From an uncultured Candidatus Micrarchaeota archaeon (GTDB lineage: Archaea; Micrarchaeota; Micrarchaeia; Anstonellales; Bilamarchaeaceae): DNA of 64,000 bases. Positions within the stretch are counted from its first letter, which is position 1, and each line of letters opens with the position of its first letter. The notes under the pieces were generated by a model. It saw only the letters and a program-made list of their open reading frames with translations. It had not been told where the DNA came from and made no database searches. This document shows, in pieces, positions 1 to 8,795 of this stretch. Location of the stretch: NCBI GenBank assembly GCA_963714085.1, contig OY970229.1, positions 256,001 to 320,000 on the forward strand, written 5' to 3'. The position numbers were made by a program, and so were the translations under genes.

Positions 1-1999
1 TGTCAAGCGTCGCGCTGCTGAATATCGCGGCCGATACGTCTATCTTGTGCAGTATCCGCTCGCTCTCGAAGAACCTGAGGAGCCCCCAGAACGTCCATAG
101 GGCGTAATGGTAATAGCTCTCGTTGCCCCATGGGACCAACGATCGATCACCTTTCTGCATCATGCTGCCGGAGGAGTCTATGAGGCTGAACACGAAATCC
201 GGGAGCTCGCCCTTCTCCTTCTTTATCGGGACCTGCACGGGCCACCTGATCTTTAGTACCGACGGGATGAACGACCTGCTGAGCGGGTCCACGTGGAGCC
301 TCGCTGCCACCGCGTCCTCGATGGAATGCACATCCGGGTCGAACCTCTCGTGCACGAGCGGCAGGACCGGGAAGTTCCGGCCCGGGGCGCTGCCTTTCAG
401 CTTCAGAGGTATCCTTTTCGCCAGCAGCCGGTAATACGCGTCAAGCGCCTCGTCCCCCTTGATGTAGAACGGCACTCCGGCCGGCCCCGCGGTCCTGCCT
501 CCCATCCTGCCCCCCATTATCTTCTCTATGTCGTCCGGAGTGAGGTCGCCCCCGATGGGGACGCCTCCGAAGCCGACCTTCTTGTCCCCTTCCTCCTCCG
601 GGTCGCCCGGCCCTTCCGCGTCTTCGTCCTCCTCTTCCCCCTCAGCGCCGGGCTTGCCGCTTCCAGCCCCCGCGCCGTCCTGCTCGTCTTCCCCGCTTTG
701 GCCGCCTTTCCCTTTCTTATCGCTCTCTTTCTTCCCGGCCTTGCCTGCGCCTTTCCCCTCTTGTTCGCCGCCCTGCCCTTCGTCCTCCTCGCTTCCGTCG
801 GCTTTCCCTTTTTTATCGCTTTCTTTCTTCCCGGCGTTGCCTGCGCCTTTCCCCTCTTGTTCGCCGTCCTGCTCGTCTTCCCCGCTTTGGCCGCCTTTCC
901 CTTCCTTACCGCTCTCTTTCTTCCCGGCCTTGCCCTTTTGTTCCCCGCCTTCTCCGTCTTCTTCCTCCTTTTCGCCGCCTTCCCCATTTTTCCCGCCCTT
1001 GCCCTCCTGCTTCCCGTCCCCCTGCCCGCCTTCCTTCCCCTGCTCCCCGCCTGCACCGGACTCCTCCTTCCCTTTGCCCTTGGAGGGCTTGCCCTTCTTC
1101 CCGGATGACGACTTGTCGTCCGCGGAGCGCTTGTGCCTCGGCTTGTCCTGCGGGGTGATGTACTTCAGCGCCTCTTCGGCGTATAGCGCGGCGAGGTTGG
1201 CCCATTGCGCCCGGTCGTATATCGCGGCGGTGGTGAACGCCTCGCGCAGCTTCCCGAGCGACTCGGGGAGCTTCTCGTCCCTGGAGAAGAACTTCCTAAG
1301 CAGGCCCGTGTCGTCCTTGTCGCCGAACAGCCCGAGGTTGTGCATGACGAAAAGCGTGTACTCGGCGCCATAGTCCCCGCAGTGCTGACCCTGCAGGTAC
1401 CAGAACAGCATCTGGCCTGTCGGCCGCTCGTCAGACTGCGCCAGCAGGTTCGCCATGTTGTAGTTGTCTATCACGTCCATGACCGCGTTCGCGAGGTTCG
1501 CGGACATGGACTTGCAGAAATCGTCGCTGAATTTGTTTGCCGACTTGAGCTTGCCGTGTATCGGCTCTATGAAGGACGTGTAGTAGGCGACCTTGTCGTA
1601 GGGGCATCCGAACCCCGAGCCCCTGGGCAGCTCCCAGTGGCCCATCTCGTGGTATGCGGTGGTCCTGAGCAGCTCCATGCACGGGTCCGCCACGCCCCTC
1701 CTGTCCATGAACCTGAGCAGGTTCGGGTCCTCGTTGAACACGAGATGCGCGTCTATGACGAACCTCGCGTCCCACGTGTCCGGGTCTATGCCGGCGAACA
1801 GGGGCGTCCTCGCATGCTCCCTGGCCTCCAGAGTGATGACCGACTTCGTGGGGCCGTGCCTCTTGAAGAGGTCCTCGACCATGAGCTTGTATTCGAAAAG
1901 CTTCTCGGGCTTGAGCGCGAGGCTTGCCTTGAGCAGGTTCGGGTCGCTCCGCACGCGCGGCCTCGATGTCCCGTTCCCCTCACTTCTTTGCGCCATCAT
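1..1999 (-). CDS. Zincin-like metallopeptidase / G-E-K-rich linker / VWA domain protein, MoxR partner (3' end outside window)
   Basis: Not in the ORF track because there is no stop inside the window. Manual translation from ATG 1999 (MMAQRSEG...) gives HEMGH (HExxH) and NAVMDVIDN, a long acidic Gly-rich linker, then FSLIDSSGSM (DxSxS MIDAS motif). Overlaps the ankyrin gene stop. Confidence 0.8.
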   Translation of the reverse strand, partial: MMAQRSEGNGTSRPRVRSDPNLLKASLALKPEKLFEYKLMVEDLFKRHGPTKSVITLEAREHARTPLFAGIDPDTWDARFVIDAHLVFNEDPNLLRFMDRRGVADPCMELLRTTAYHEMGHWELPRGSGFGCPYDKVAYYTSFIEPIHGKLKSANKFSDDFCKSMSANLANAVMDVIDNYNMANLLAQSDERPTGQMLFWYLQGQHCGDYGAEYTLFVMHNLGLFGDKDDTGLLRKFFSRDEKLPESLGKLREAFTTAAIYDRAQWANLAALYAEEALKYITPQDKPRHKRSADDKSSSGKKGKPSKGKGKEESGAGGEQGKEGGQGDGKQEGKGGKNGEGGEKEEEDGEGGEQKGKAGKKESGKEGKGGQSGEDEQDGEQEGKGAGNAGKKESDKKGKADGSEEDEGQGGEQEGKGAGKAGKKESDKKGKGGQSGEDEQDGAGAGSGKPGAEGEEEDEDAEGPGDPEEEGDKKVGFGGVPIGGDLTPDDIEKIMGGRMGGRTAGPAGVPFYIKGDEALDAYYRLLAKRIPLKLKGSAPGRNFPVLPLVHERFDPDVHSIEDAVAARLHVDPLSRSFIPSVLKIRWPVQVPIKKEKGELPDFVFSLIDSSGSMMQKGDRSLVPWGNESYYHYALWTFWGLLRFFESERILHKIDVSAAIFSSATLD

Positions 2000-4900
2000 T
2001 CCACTTCCCGTAAAGGAATGCGGCTACTTCCGTGCGGCCTTTTCCCATGGCTTTTTCCCATGTCTCGTACCTCACTCTGGCCCCTTTCTCGACCAGAAGC
2101 CGGATAAAATTCAGCTGCCCCTCCTCTGCGGCATGGTCCATGTAGGCGGGCTCTATTCTCGCGCCCTTCTCAATCAGCCACCTGGCTATCCCTTCGTTCC
2201 TGATGCCCAGGGCGTATGCCAGCGGCGTCCTGCCCGACCATGTCCTCATGTTGGGGTTCACCCCGTTGTCCACGAGGAGCCGTATGCCCTTTTCGTATTC
2301 CAGGCCGTAGTCCCCGGCCATCTCGAGCAGGTCCCTCATGAGCATATGGCCTTCCGATTCCGCCAGGCTGGTGCCGCTGACCCAGGATGAGGGCAGCGCC
2401 ACGCGGGCCAGCCTCGTCAAGCCGACCGTGGCGCGCTCCGCGGCCGAACCGCTCGTGCCGATGTCGACATAATCATGCGCGGTGAATCCGCATCCGCCCA
2501 GCATTATCTCGTCTTGCCGCTTCCTTTCCATCAGGTATTCGAAGCATTCCCTGTTCCCGCTGGCCGCCGCGTGCATCGCGGTGTTCCAGCCGGCCTTGTT
2601 CCTCGCCGAAAACCAGCCGAGCTGGTGGGTCGAAGCGTATTCCAACACTTTTTCGAGGGTCTTGGCATTGCCCCGGGCCGCGCTCATCAGCAGCGTGGTG
2701 CCGTCCGTCGCTTTCCTGTACGGTTTCCCGGGCTGCGAAAGCAGTAACTCCACGGTCTCCGTGTGGCCTTTCGCGGCTGCCATCATGACCGCGGTCTCCC
2801 CGTTCGCCCCGTTCTCTGCAATGTTCCTCCATACCCTCCGGTTCGCCTTGTCTATCAATCCCGCCACGCCTACGACCGCGAGGCCCGTGGCGATGACCAT
2901 GAGGCCGCCGACAAAACCCTTGTCGTTGCTGGGGAGCATGGACCTCAGCATGTTCGTGAATCCGTATTTATACCAATCGTGTGCCATGCCCGCAACATCG
3001 ATTAAAATCCCTAAGCCGCTCCCGATGAGCCCCATGAACGCGGCATACTGTGAGAACGGTCCGGTCACGCGTGCTGCCCACGTCTTTGCCATTTCCGAGG
3101 CCGTCCTTCCCTTCCGCGCATGCACTTTCGCCCCGTGCTTGGCCAGGGCTTCTACTATCTTTGTATGCCCTTTCTGTGCGGCGAGCATCAATGCGGTCTC
3201 GTTCGAATCGTTCCTCGCATTGATCCTGGCGGGCCTGCTCCTTTTCGGGCCAGGTGATTTCGAAAGCAGGGCGACAACCGCCTCATCGTGTCCTTCTGCC
3301 GCCGCCTTCATGAGCGGGGTGTTACCGCAAAGATCCCTTGCGTTCGCGTTCGCGCCGTACCCGCGGAGCAGCGTTACCACGTCGCATTTCCCTTTCTCCG
3401 CGGCCTTCATGAGCGCGGTCTGCTGATAGCCGATCCGCACGTCCACCTTCGCGCCCTTCTCCAGGAGCAGCTTCGCGACCTCGAGGTCCCCATGCTCGGC
3501 CGCGAGCGCGAGCACGCTTGTGAGCTCCTTTTGCACGTTGACCTCCGCGCTAACCGCGTTCACGTCCGCCCCGAGCTCGACCAATTTCCTGGCGGACGCC
3601 GCCTTGCCGCACTCTATGGCGTGCATGAGCGCGGTCCTGCAATCCCCGTCGCGCTGCTCGATGTTCGCGGGTTTCGTGCCCCGGGTCAGCAGCACGTTCA
3701 CTGCTTCGGCCTCGCCGCTTTCCGCCGCGTAGAAGAGCGGCGTCTTCTTGTTATCGTTCGCGTTTGCACGGTTGACATCGGCGCCCGCGCCTATCAGGGC
3801 CTGTATTGCATCCGCATGCCCATTCTTGGCCGCCACGTCCAATGCGGTGAGCCCGTCATGCCTCGATGCATAGCGTATGCCGTCCTGATTCATCTTATGC
3901 CTCAGCACCCTTATGGAATGCGGGTCCCCGCGTTCCGCGGCGTACATCAGGGCGGTCCAGTTACGTCCGTCAGTCCAGCCAGGACGTGCGCCATTCTCGA
4001 GCAGCAATGCCACGATATCAGAATTTGCGTTCGCGGCGGCGAGCATCAGCGCGTTCGGCCCGTTATGCCCGGGCCCAGAGCACAGGTGGACGTCCGCCCT
4101 TGCGCTTAGCAGCTTATCCACCACGCTCATCTTCCCGCCCGCGGCGGCCCTCATGAGGGCGGTCCTGCCTTCCGCATCCATTGCGTCGATTCTTGCTCCG
4201 CGCTTGATGAGGATGGCGGCGGAATCGCCGTGTTCCGCGTGCATTAGCGGTGTGGATCTCGTCTGGTCAGGATGGTTCACGTCCGCGCCGTTGTCGAGCA
4301 GCATCGTGATGCATCCAGTATCGTTGCAGGAGGCGGCCAGCGCCAGGGCGGTCTCGCCCTTCTTGTTCGTATCGTCGACCCGCCTGCCCATGAATGTCAC
4401 GATCGACGCCGCGGCTTCCGGCTTGCGGTTGCGCACGGCCACCATCAGCGGCGTGTCGCCGTTGTTGTCGGCTATCCTCTCCAGCCCGCTCTTGGTGTCG
4501 ATGCTGAGCAATAGACCGGCCATGGTCGGCGGCGTCCCGTCATCCGAGCATATGGTGCTGAACATAGAGCCCGATGCGGCCGCATGCGTCACGGCGGTCC
4601 ATCCGTTTTTGTCCCGCATGGACAGGACCGCGTTCGCCCGGTCCTTGCCCAACGCAAGCAAAGCGACTAGAAGAGGGATCCCTTTGATGTCTTGCTTCGC
4701 CGCCTTCATCCAGGCGCTCTCCCCGTCCTTGTCCTGTGCCGCGGGGTCCGCGCCTTTTCCCAGCAATGTGCCGTATACCGAGACATCTTCCAGTCCAATC
4801 GCCTTCATCAGGGGTGTTTCCATATTCTCGTCCCTGGCGTTGGCATCCGCCCCCTTCTCCAGCAGCATTCCCGCTATCTTCCCGGTATCGGCGGCCCCGC

Positions 4901-5888
4901 TCCCGAGGCAGACCATCAGCGCGCTTCCCTTGGGGTTGTCGATATCCGGCTTCGCCCCTATGGCCAGCAGGGACTGGACCCGTTCGGCATTGCCTTGGCT
5001 GCACGCCGTGAACAGCGGGGTCATCCCCTTCTTGTTAGGGTGGTTTATGTCCGCGCCGGCCGCGACGAGAAGGCCGATGATGCCGAAGTTATCGGTACGG
5101 GACAGCGCCGTGTTCCCGTCGGCGTCCTCGGCGTTCGTATTGGCTGCATGCTTGATGAGGAGTTCGATCGATTCGATATTCCCGCTGTCCACCGCCTCCA
5201 TGAGCGGGGTCTGCTTCTTCTTGTCGCAATTGTGCGGGTTCGCCCCCTGCTCCAGGAGGACCCTGAGGCATCCGGTCCGGCCCTGGCGCGCGGCCAGGTA
5301 CACCGCGGACTGGGACTCTTCTTCCACGAGGTCCGGGTCGGCGTTGTTGTCGATGAGGAACCTGACCATGTCGTCCTCCCCCATGAGCGCGGCCACCATG
5401 AGCGCGGTGAGCTGCCCTTTCGGGGATTTCAGGTCGACATCTGCATTCTCGAGCAGGACCCCGGCCACCTCGATGTTCCCCTTGTCCGCAGCGACCATGA
5501 GTGGGCTGAACGGGAACCTGCCGCTGAGGAAGGACCCTGCGCAGGCGTCCACGTCCGCCCCGTTGTTCATGAGCAGTCTGACGATGCCGACATCGCCCGC
5601 CTCGGTCGCGAGTATCAGCGGGGTCTTGCCAGAGGCGTCCTTCGCCTCCATCTCCGCCCCGTTCCGGATGGCGATGATCGCGCCGTCCCTGTCCTTCTTT
5701 TTCACGCTCTCCAGCAGCCTTCCGTTGAATTCCTTCTGCTCCGCTGGGCCGAGCGTCCTCTTGAAACCCTTTATCTGGTCCCCGCTGGGCATCCTCCTGA
5801 TGAAGTCCGTCCTCTGGAACAGCGCCTTGTCCTTCCTCGCGAACGCGCCCGCGATGTCATCCCGGGTCTTCGGGTCTATAAGCGCCAT
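1980..5888 (-). CDS. Large ankyrin-repeat protein (1302 aa) with two predicted TM helices
   Basis: More than 20 ankyrin motifs (G.TPL..A...G...V..LL..GAD.N); hydrophobic segments AAFMGLIGSGLGILIDV and FVGGLMVIATGLAVVGVAGL; AGGTGG SD upstream. Confidence 0.92.
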   Translation of the reverse strand: MALIDPKTRDDIAGAFARKDKALFQRTDFIRRMPSGDQIKGFKRTLGPAEQKEFNGRLLESVKKKDRDGAIIAIRNGAEMEAKDASGKTPLILATEAGDVGIVRLLMNNGADVDACAGSFLSGRFPFSPLMVAADKGNIEVAGVLLENADVDLKSPKGQLTALMVAALMGEDDMVRFLIDNNADPDLVEEESQSAVYLAARQGRTGCLRVLLEQGANPHNCDKKKQTPLMEAVDSGNIESIELLIKHAANTNAEDADGNTALSRTDNFGIIGLLVAAGADINHPNKKGMTPLFTACSQGNAERVQSLLAIGAKPDIDNPKGSALMVCLGSGAADTGKIAGMLLEKGADANARDENMETPLMKAIGLEDVSVYGTLLGKGADPAAQDKDGESAWMKAAKQDIKGIPLLVALLALGKDRANAVLSMRDKNGWTAVTHAAASGSMFSTICSDDGTPPTMAGLLLSIDTKSGLERIADNNGDTPLMVAVRNRKPEAAASIVTFMGRRVDDTNKKGETALALAASCNDTGCITMLLDNGADVNHPDQTRSTPLMHAEHGDSAAILIKRGARIDAMDAEGRTALMRAAAGGKMSVVDKLLSARADVHLCSGPGHNGPNALMLAAANANSDIVALLLENGARPGWTDGRNWTALMYAAERGDPHSIRVLRHKMNQDGIRYASRHDGLTALDVAAKNGHADAIQALIGAGADVNRANANDNKKTPLFYAAESGEAEAVNVLLTRGTKPANIEQRDGDCRTALMHAIECGKAASARKLVELGADVNAVSAEVNVQKELTSVLALAAEHGDLEVAKLLLEKGAKVDVRIGYQQTALMKAAEKGKCDVVTLLRGYGANANARDLCGNTPLMKAAAEGHDEAVVALLSKSPGPKRSRPARINARNDSNETALMLAAQKGHTKIVEALAKHGAKVHARKGRTASEMAKTWAARVTGPFSQYAAFMGLIGSGLGILIDVAGMAHDWYKYGFTNMLRSMLPSNDKGFVGGLMVIATGLAVVGVAGLIDKANRRVWRNIAENGANGETAVMMAAAKGHTETVELLLSQPGKPYRKATDGTTLLMSAARGNAKTLEKVLEYASTHQLGWFSARNKAGWNTAMHAAASGNRECFEYLMERKRQDEIMLGGCGFTAHDYVDIGTSGSAAERATVGLTRLARVALPSSWVSGTSLAESEGHMLMRDLLEMAGDYGLEYEKGIRLLVDNGVNPNMRTWSGRTPLAYALGIRNEGIARWLIEKGARIEPAYMDHAAEEGQLNFIRLLVEKGARVRYETWEKAMGKGRTEVAAFLYGKWNDGAKK

Positions 5889-5889
5889 C

Positions 5890-7302
5890 TCAATCCACCT
5901 TCCCCGCCATGTTGTCCAGGAACTCGCCGTCCTGGCGCTCCATGGACTCCCTGAGCTTCCCGCCCATGATCCTCGCGCATACGGCGAATATCGGGTTCTC
6001 CCTCGCGCCCTCGTTCACGAATGCCACCATCTCCTGCATCTTCCTGTCGTTCTTCTTGCCCGCGAGCTCCATGAACTCCATGAGGAGTACGACCGCGGTG
6101 GTGAATTTGGAGGGGTCTATCATGCCCGGGAGCTCGTGGTCGAATATCGTGTCGAGTATGTCCTTGTGCGTCCTCTTGTGCTTGTCCTCCACGTCCTTGG
6201 GAAGGAAGCGGCGGTCGTAGCTGAGGGCGAGCTTGAGGCCGGCGACGTACGACTTCACGAACGCGTCCATCCCGACCGGCGCGATGTCCTTGCCTTGGGG
6301 CGAGCGCCTGCGGAGCTCTGTCTCTATGTCCATTATCTTGCACATCGCGAACGCGAGCTTGCCCGCGCTCTGCAGCGTCCTCACGGAGATGTCGGAGCAG
6401 TCCGATATCAGGGAGCCGGCCGCGTGGCTGCCTGGCGCGGCCTGCATATCCGCCCTCCAGGTCCTGGACTGCGCCTTGTCCACGGTCCGCTTGTTCGTGG
6501 AGTCCACGTTTATCTCCACGTATCGGAAGAGCTGGTACATGAACTCCTTGAGCACCGCGCCCGCCATCATCGCGTCGCGGTCCGAACGCCTGGCCTCGGT
6601 GAGGTACTTGTAGGAGCCGACCGCCTCCTTGCGCATGTCCCCGGGCGCCAGCTCGTTCTTCTCCAGGTCCTTCTCGCCTATGGAGAACACGTCCCCCTCG
6701 CCCAGGGGTATCTCGTCGGTGTTGATGATGAGCGGGATGCGGTCCAGCAGCGCGAGGTCCTCGCTGAACGTCCCTGTGTACCCGTCCTCCTCGTCCGTGG
6801 GGTTGCCTGTGGCGACCATCAGGAGGTACTCGTTGTTGCCCAGGTAGTACTTCCTGCCCCTTATCTCCACGTAGCCGTCCACTATGTTCAGGAACTGGTT
6901 CTGCAGCACGGCGGGAACGCGGTTGAGCTCGTCGATGAGCGTGAGGTTGAACCGTATCTTGTCCTTCGCGATCTGGTACACCTCTTCCTCGTTTTTCCCC
7001 TGGAGGTCGAGCTTGGTGAAGAGGTCCTTGAGCTGGAGGTTTATGTCGCCGCGGAGGTACAGCGCGTCCTCTTTGAATATCCCCCTCCAGATCGCCTCGG
7101 CGAGAAGCGTCTTGCCGGTCCCCCTGGAGCCTATGAGGTACATGTTCGTCTTGGATTGTATGCCCAGGGCCGCGACGTCGGTTATGGAGAAGCTCCTCGG
7201 GCCGACGCTGGCCAGGGGCGTCTTGTTCCTGAAGGAATCCGCCAGCTTGCCGGAGATCTGCCGGAAATGCTGGTAGAATTGCGTCTCTTTTTGAGTAACT
7301 AT
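5890..7302 (-). CDS. MoxR-like AAA+ ATPase
   Basis: Walker A GSRGTGKT, Walker B LIDELNR, ATGNP and ALLDR motifs. The first ATG (7143) lies on the strand just before Walker A; the frame is open to a likely ATA start at 7302 behind GGTGG. Confidence 0.85.
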   Translation of the reverse strand: MVTQKETQFYQHFRQISGKLADSFRNKTPLASVGPRSFSITDVAALGIQSKTNMYLIGSRGTGKTLLAEAIWRGIFKEDALYLRGDINLQLKDLFTKLDLQGKNEEEVYQIAKDKIRFNLTLIDELNRVPAVLQNQFLNIVDGYVEIRGRKYYLGNNEYLLMVATGNPTDEEDGYTGTFSEDLALLDRIPLIINTDEIPLGEGDVFSIGEKDLEKNELAPGDMRKEAVGSYKYLTEARRSDRDAMMAGAVLKEFMYQLFRYVEINVDSTNKRTVDKAQSRTWRADMQAAPGSHAAGSLISDCSDISVRTLQSAGKLAFAMCKIMDIETELRRRSPQGKDIAPVGMDAFVKSYVAGLKLALSYDRRFLPKDVEDKHKRTHKDILDTIFDHELPGMIDPSKFTTAVVLLMEFMELAGKKNDRKMQEMVAFVNEGARENPIFAVCARIMGGKLRESMERQDGEFLDNMAGKVD

Positions 7303-7449
7303 GATCCCACCCGGGATTGATGTGTATAAAACTACATTTAAATGTATTGTTTATTGATGGTAGTGCGCGGTTTGGACCCCGCGGGAATTCCCGATACGTT
7401 CCCGGCGCGCCGCGTATTTCCAGGCATGGGATTGCCCGTGCCCCATGGT

Positions 7450-8766
7450 GTGGACTACCCACGCCTAAAGGCGTGGGCTTCCTGTTTCATTGAAGATACT
7501 TGCCAGTTATGCTTATAACCAGTAGAGGTCTCTTCTCCGCAGGCCTTACTTCCCGGCGTCCCGCCGGTAGCTCGTTGGAGTATGTTCATCGCCGCATTGA
7601 GGTCCCTGTGCATGGATGCCCCGCATGGACAATCGTGCCACCTCTCCGCAAGCGTTTTTTTCCGTATCAGACCGCAGTTGCTGCACCTCTGGGATGTGTA
7701 AGCAGGATCCACCAGCACGACTTCGCAACCAGCTTCCGCCGCTTTGTAGCTGATCATGCTTGTGAACTCCGCCCAGCTGCAGTCCGATACCTCTTTTGCC
7801 AGGAAACCACGCGCTAATCCCTCGTTGTTGAGCGCTTCCATGGCTATGAATGAATGATTCTCCACAAGGGCGCGGCTTGCCTTGTGCAGGAAATCCCGCC
7901 TCTTGTCCGTTAATCTCTCGTATACTATCGCAACTGCTTTTCTGGCTTTGGCCCTGTTCGAGCTGCCCTTCTTCTTGTTCGACATCCTCCTTTGGGCGAG
8001 CTTCAGCCGTTCTTCTGCCAATCTGAGATTGCGCGGATTCTCTATTCGTGAGCCGTCGCTCAGATAGGCGAATGTCTCTATGCCAAGGTCAATCCCGACC
8101 TTAGGCATCTTGTTCCTCTCGGTTGTCTTTCTCTCGCATTCGGTCGTGAAAATCGCATGCCATTTTCCTGAAGCTGATTTCTTTATGGTCAGGGTCTTGA
8201 TCTCACCATTCATCTTCCTGTGTTTCCTGATTGCCACGCTCCCGATTCCTGACAACTCCAGCTTGTCTTTGAGGTTGAAGCCGAACTGGGGATAGGTGAA
8301 TGATTTCATCCGTTCAAATGATTTGAACCGTGGGAATCCTGCCTTCCTGCCGCCTTTTTTCCTGGCAACCACTCCTTTCAGGGATTTCACAAGCCTGTCT
8401 GCGACGTTCTGGGCTACCTGGGAGTAAAGCCCCGTATCCTTTGCCAGAATATAGAGCTGCTTTCGGGTTGGGAATTTCTTTGTTTCTTCGTAATGTTCCT
8501 TCGTGTGCTCCAGCAGGGAATTCCAGAGTGTTTTGCATTCATAAAAGTGGTGATTCAGAATCTTTTCCTGGCTTCTTGAAGGGTAAATCCTGTACTTCCA
8601 GGCCCGAGTCACTCTCATAAGAATTTGCCGGAAAGGCCGTTTATAAGCGTTTCCCGGGTGCATTTCCGCGGTGCTCACGACGGAGCTGACACATTCGGCC
8701 CTTTCATCCAACGGCTAAAGCCGTACCTTAGGTTTGACTTAGGATGGATTTTCCGGGCCTAAGCAA
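7450..8766 (-). mobile_element. IS200/IS605-family element, tnpB only (IS1341-like)
   Basis: Right-end hairpin GAAGCCCACGCCTTTAGGCGTGGGTAGTCCAC (minus, ending at 7450); left-end hairpin TCCAACGGC-TAAA-GCCGT..TGGA (8707-8748); TTTAA just outside the left end; no tnpA. Confidence 0.85.
7455..8618 (-). CDS. tnpB: RNA-guided endonuclease TnpB
   Basis: WKYRIYP N-terminus, GFPRFK, RuvC residues GIDLG / AMEAL / HRDLNAA, Zn ribbon CSNC..CPC; likely start ATG 8618 (MRVTRAWKYRIYP). Confidence 0.95.
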   Translation of the reverse strand: MRVTRAWKYRIYPSRSQEKILNHHFYECKTLWNSLLEHTKEHYEETKKFPTRKQLYILAKDTGLYSQVAQNVADRLVKSLKGVVARKKGGRKAGFPRFKSFERMKSFTYPQFGFNLKDKLELSGIGSVAIRKHRKMNGEIKTLTIKKSASGKWHAIFTTECERKTTERNKMPKVGIDLGIETFAYLSDGSRIENPRNLRLAEERLKLAQRRMSNKKKGSSNRAKARKAVAIVYERLTDKRRDFLHKASRALVENHSFIAMEALNNEGLARGFLAKEVSDCSWAEFTSMISYKAAEAGCEVVLVDPAYTSQRCSNCGLIRKKTLAERWHDCPCGASMHRDLNAAMNILQRATGGTPGSKACGEETSTGYKHNWQVSSMKQEAHAFRRG

Positions 8767-8795
8767 TTAAAACATATTCACTCTGAGATATAGCC

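Noticed and set aside
505..520. Possible frameshift at the G-run in the peptidase-VWA gene
   Set aside because: Counting bases gives ATG GGG GGC AGG, in frame with the downstream DSSGS motif.
3913..7320. 1135-aa plus-strand ORF and many other long antisense or alternate-frame ORFs (e.g. 293-1108, 5876-7462, 24109-25194, 50040-51548)
   Set aside because: Shadows of genuine genes in high-GC DNA; no recognisable motifs.
8619..8711. N-terminal extension of TnpB given in the ORF track
   Set aside because: It runs into the IS left-end hairpin; the typical TnpB N-terminus starts at ATG 8618.
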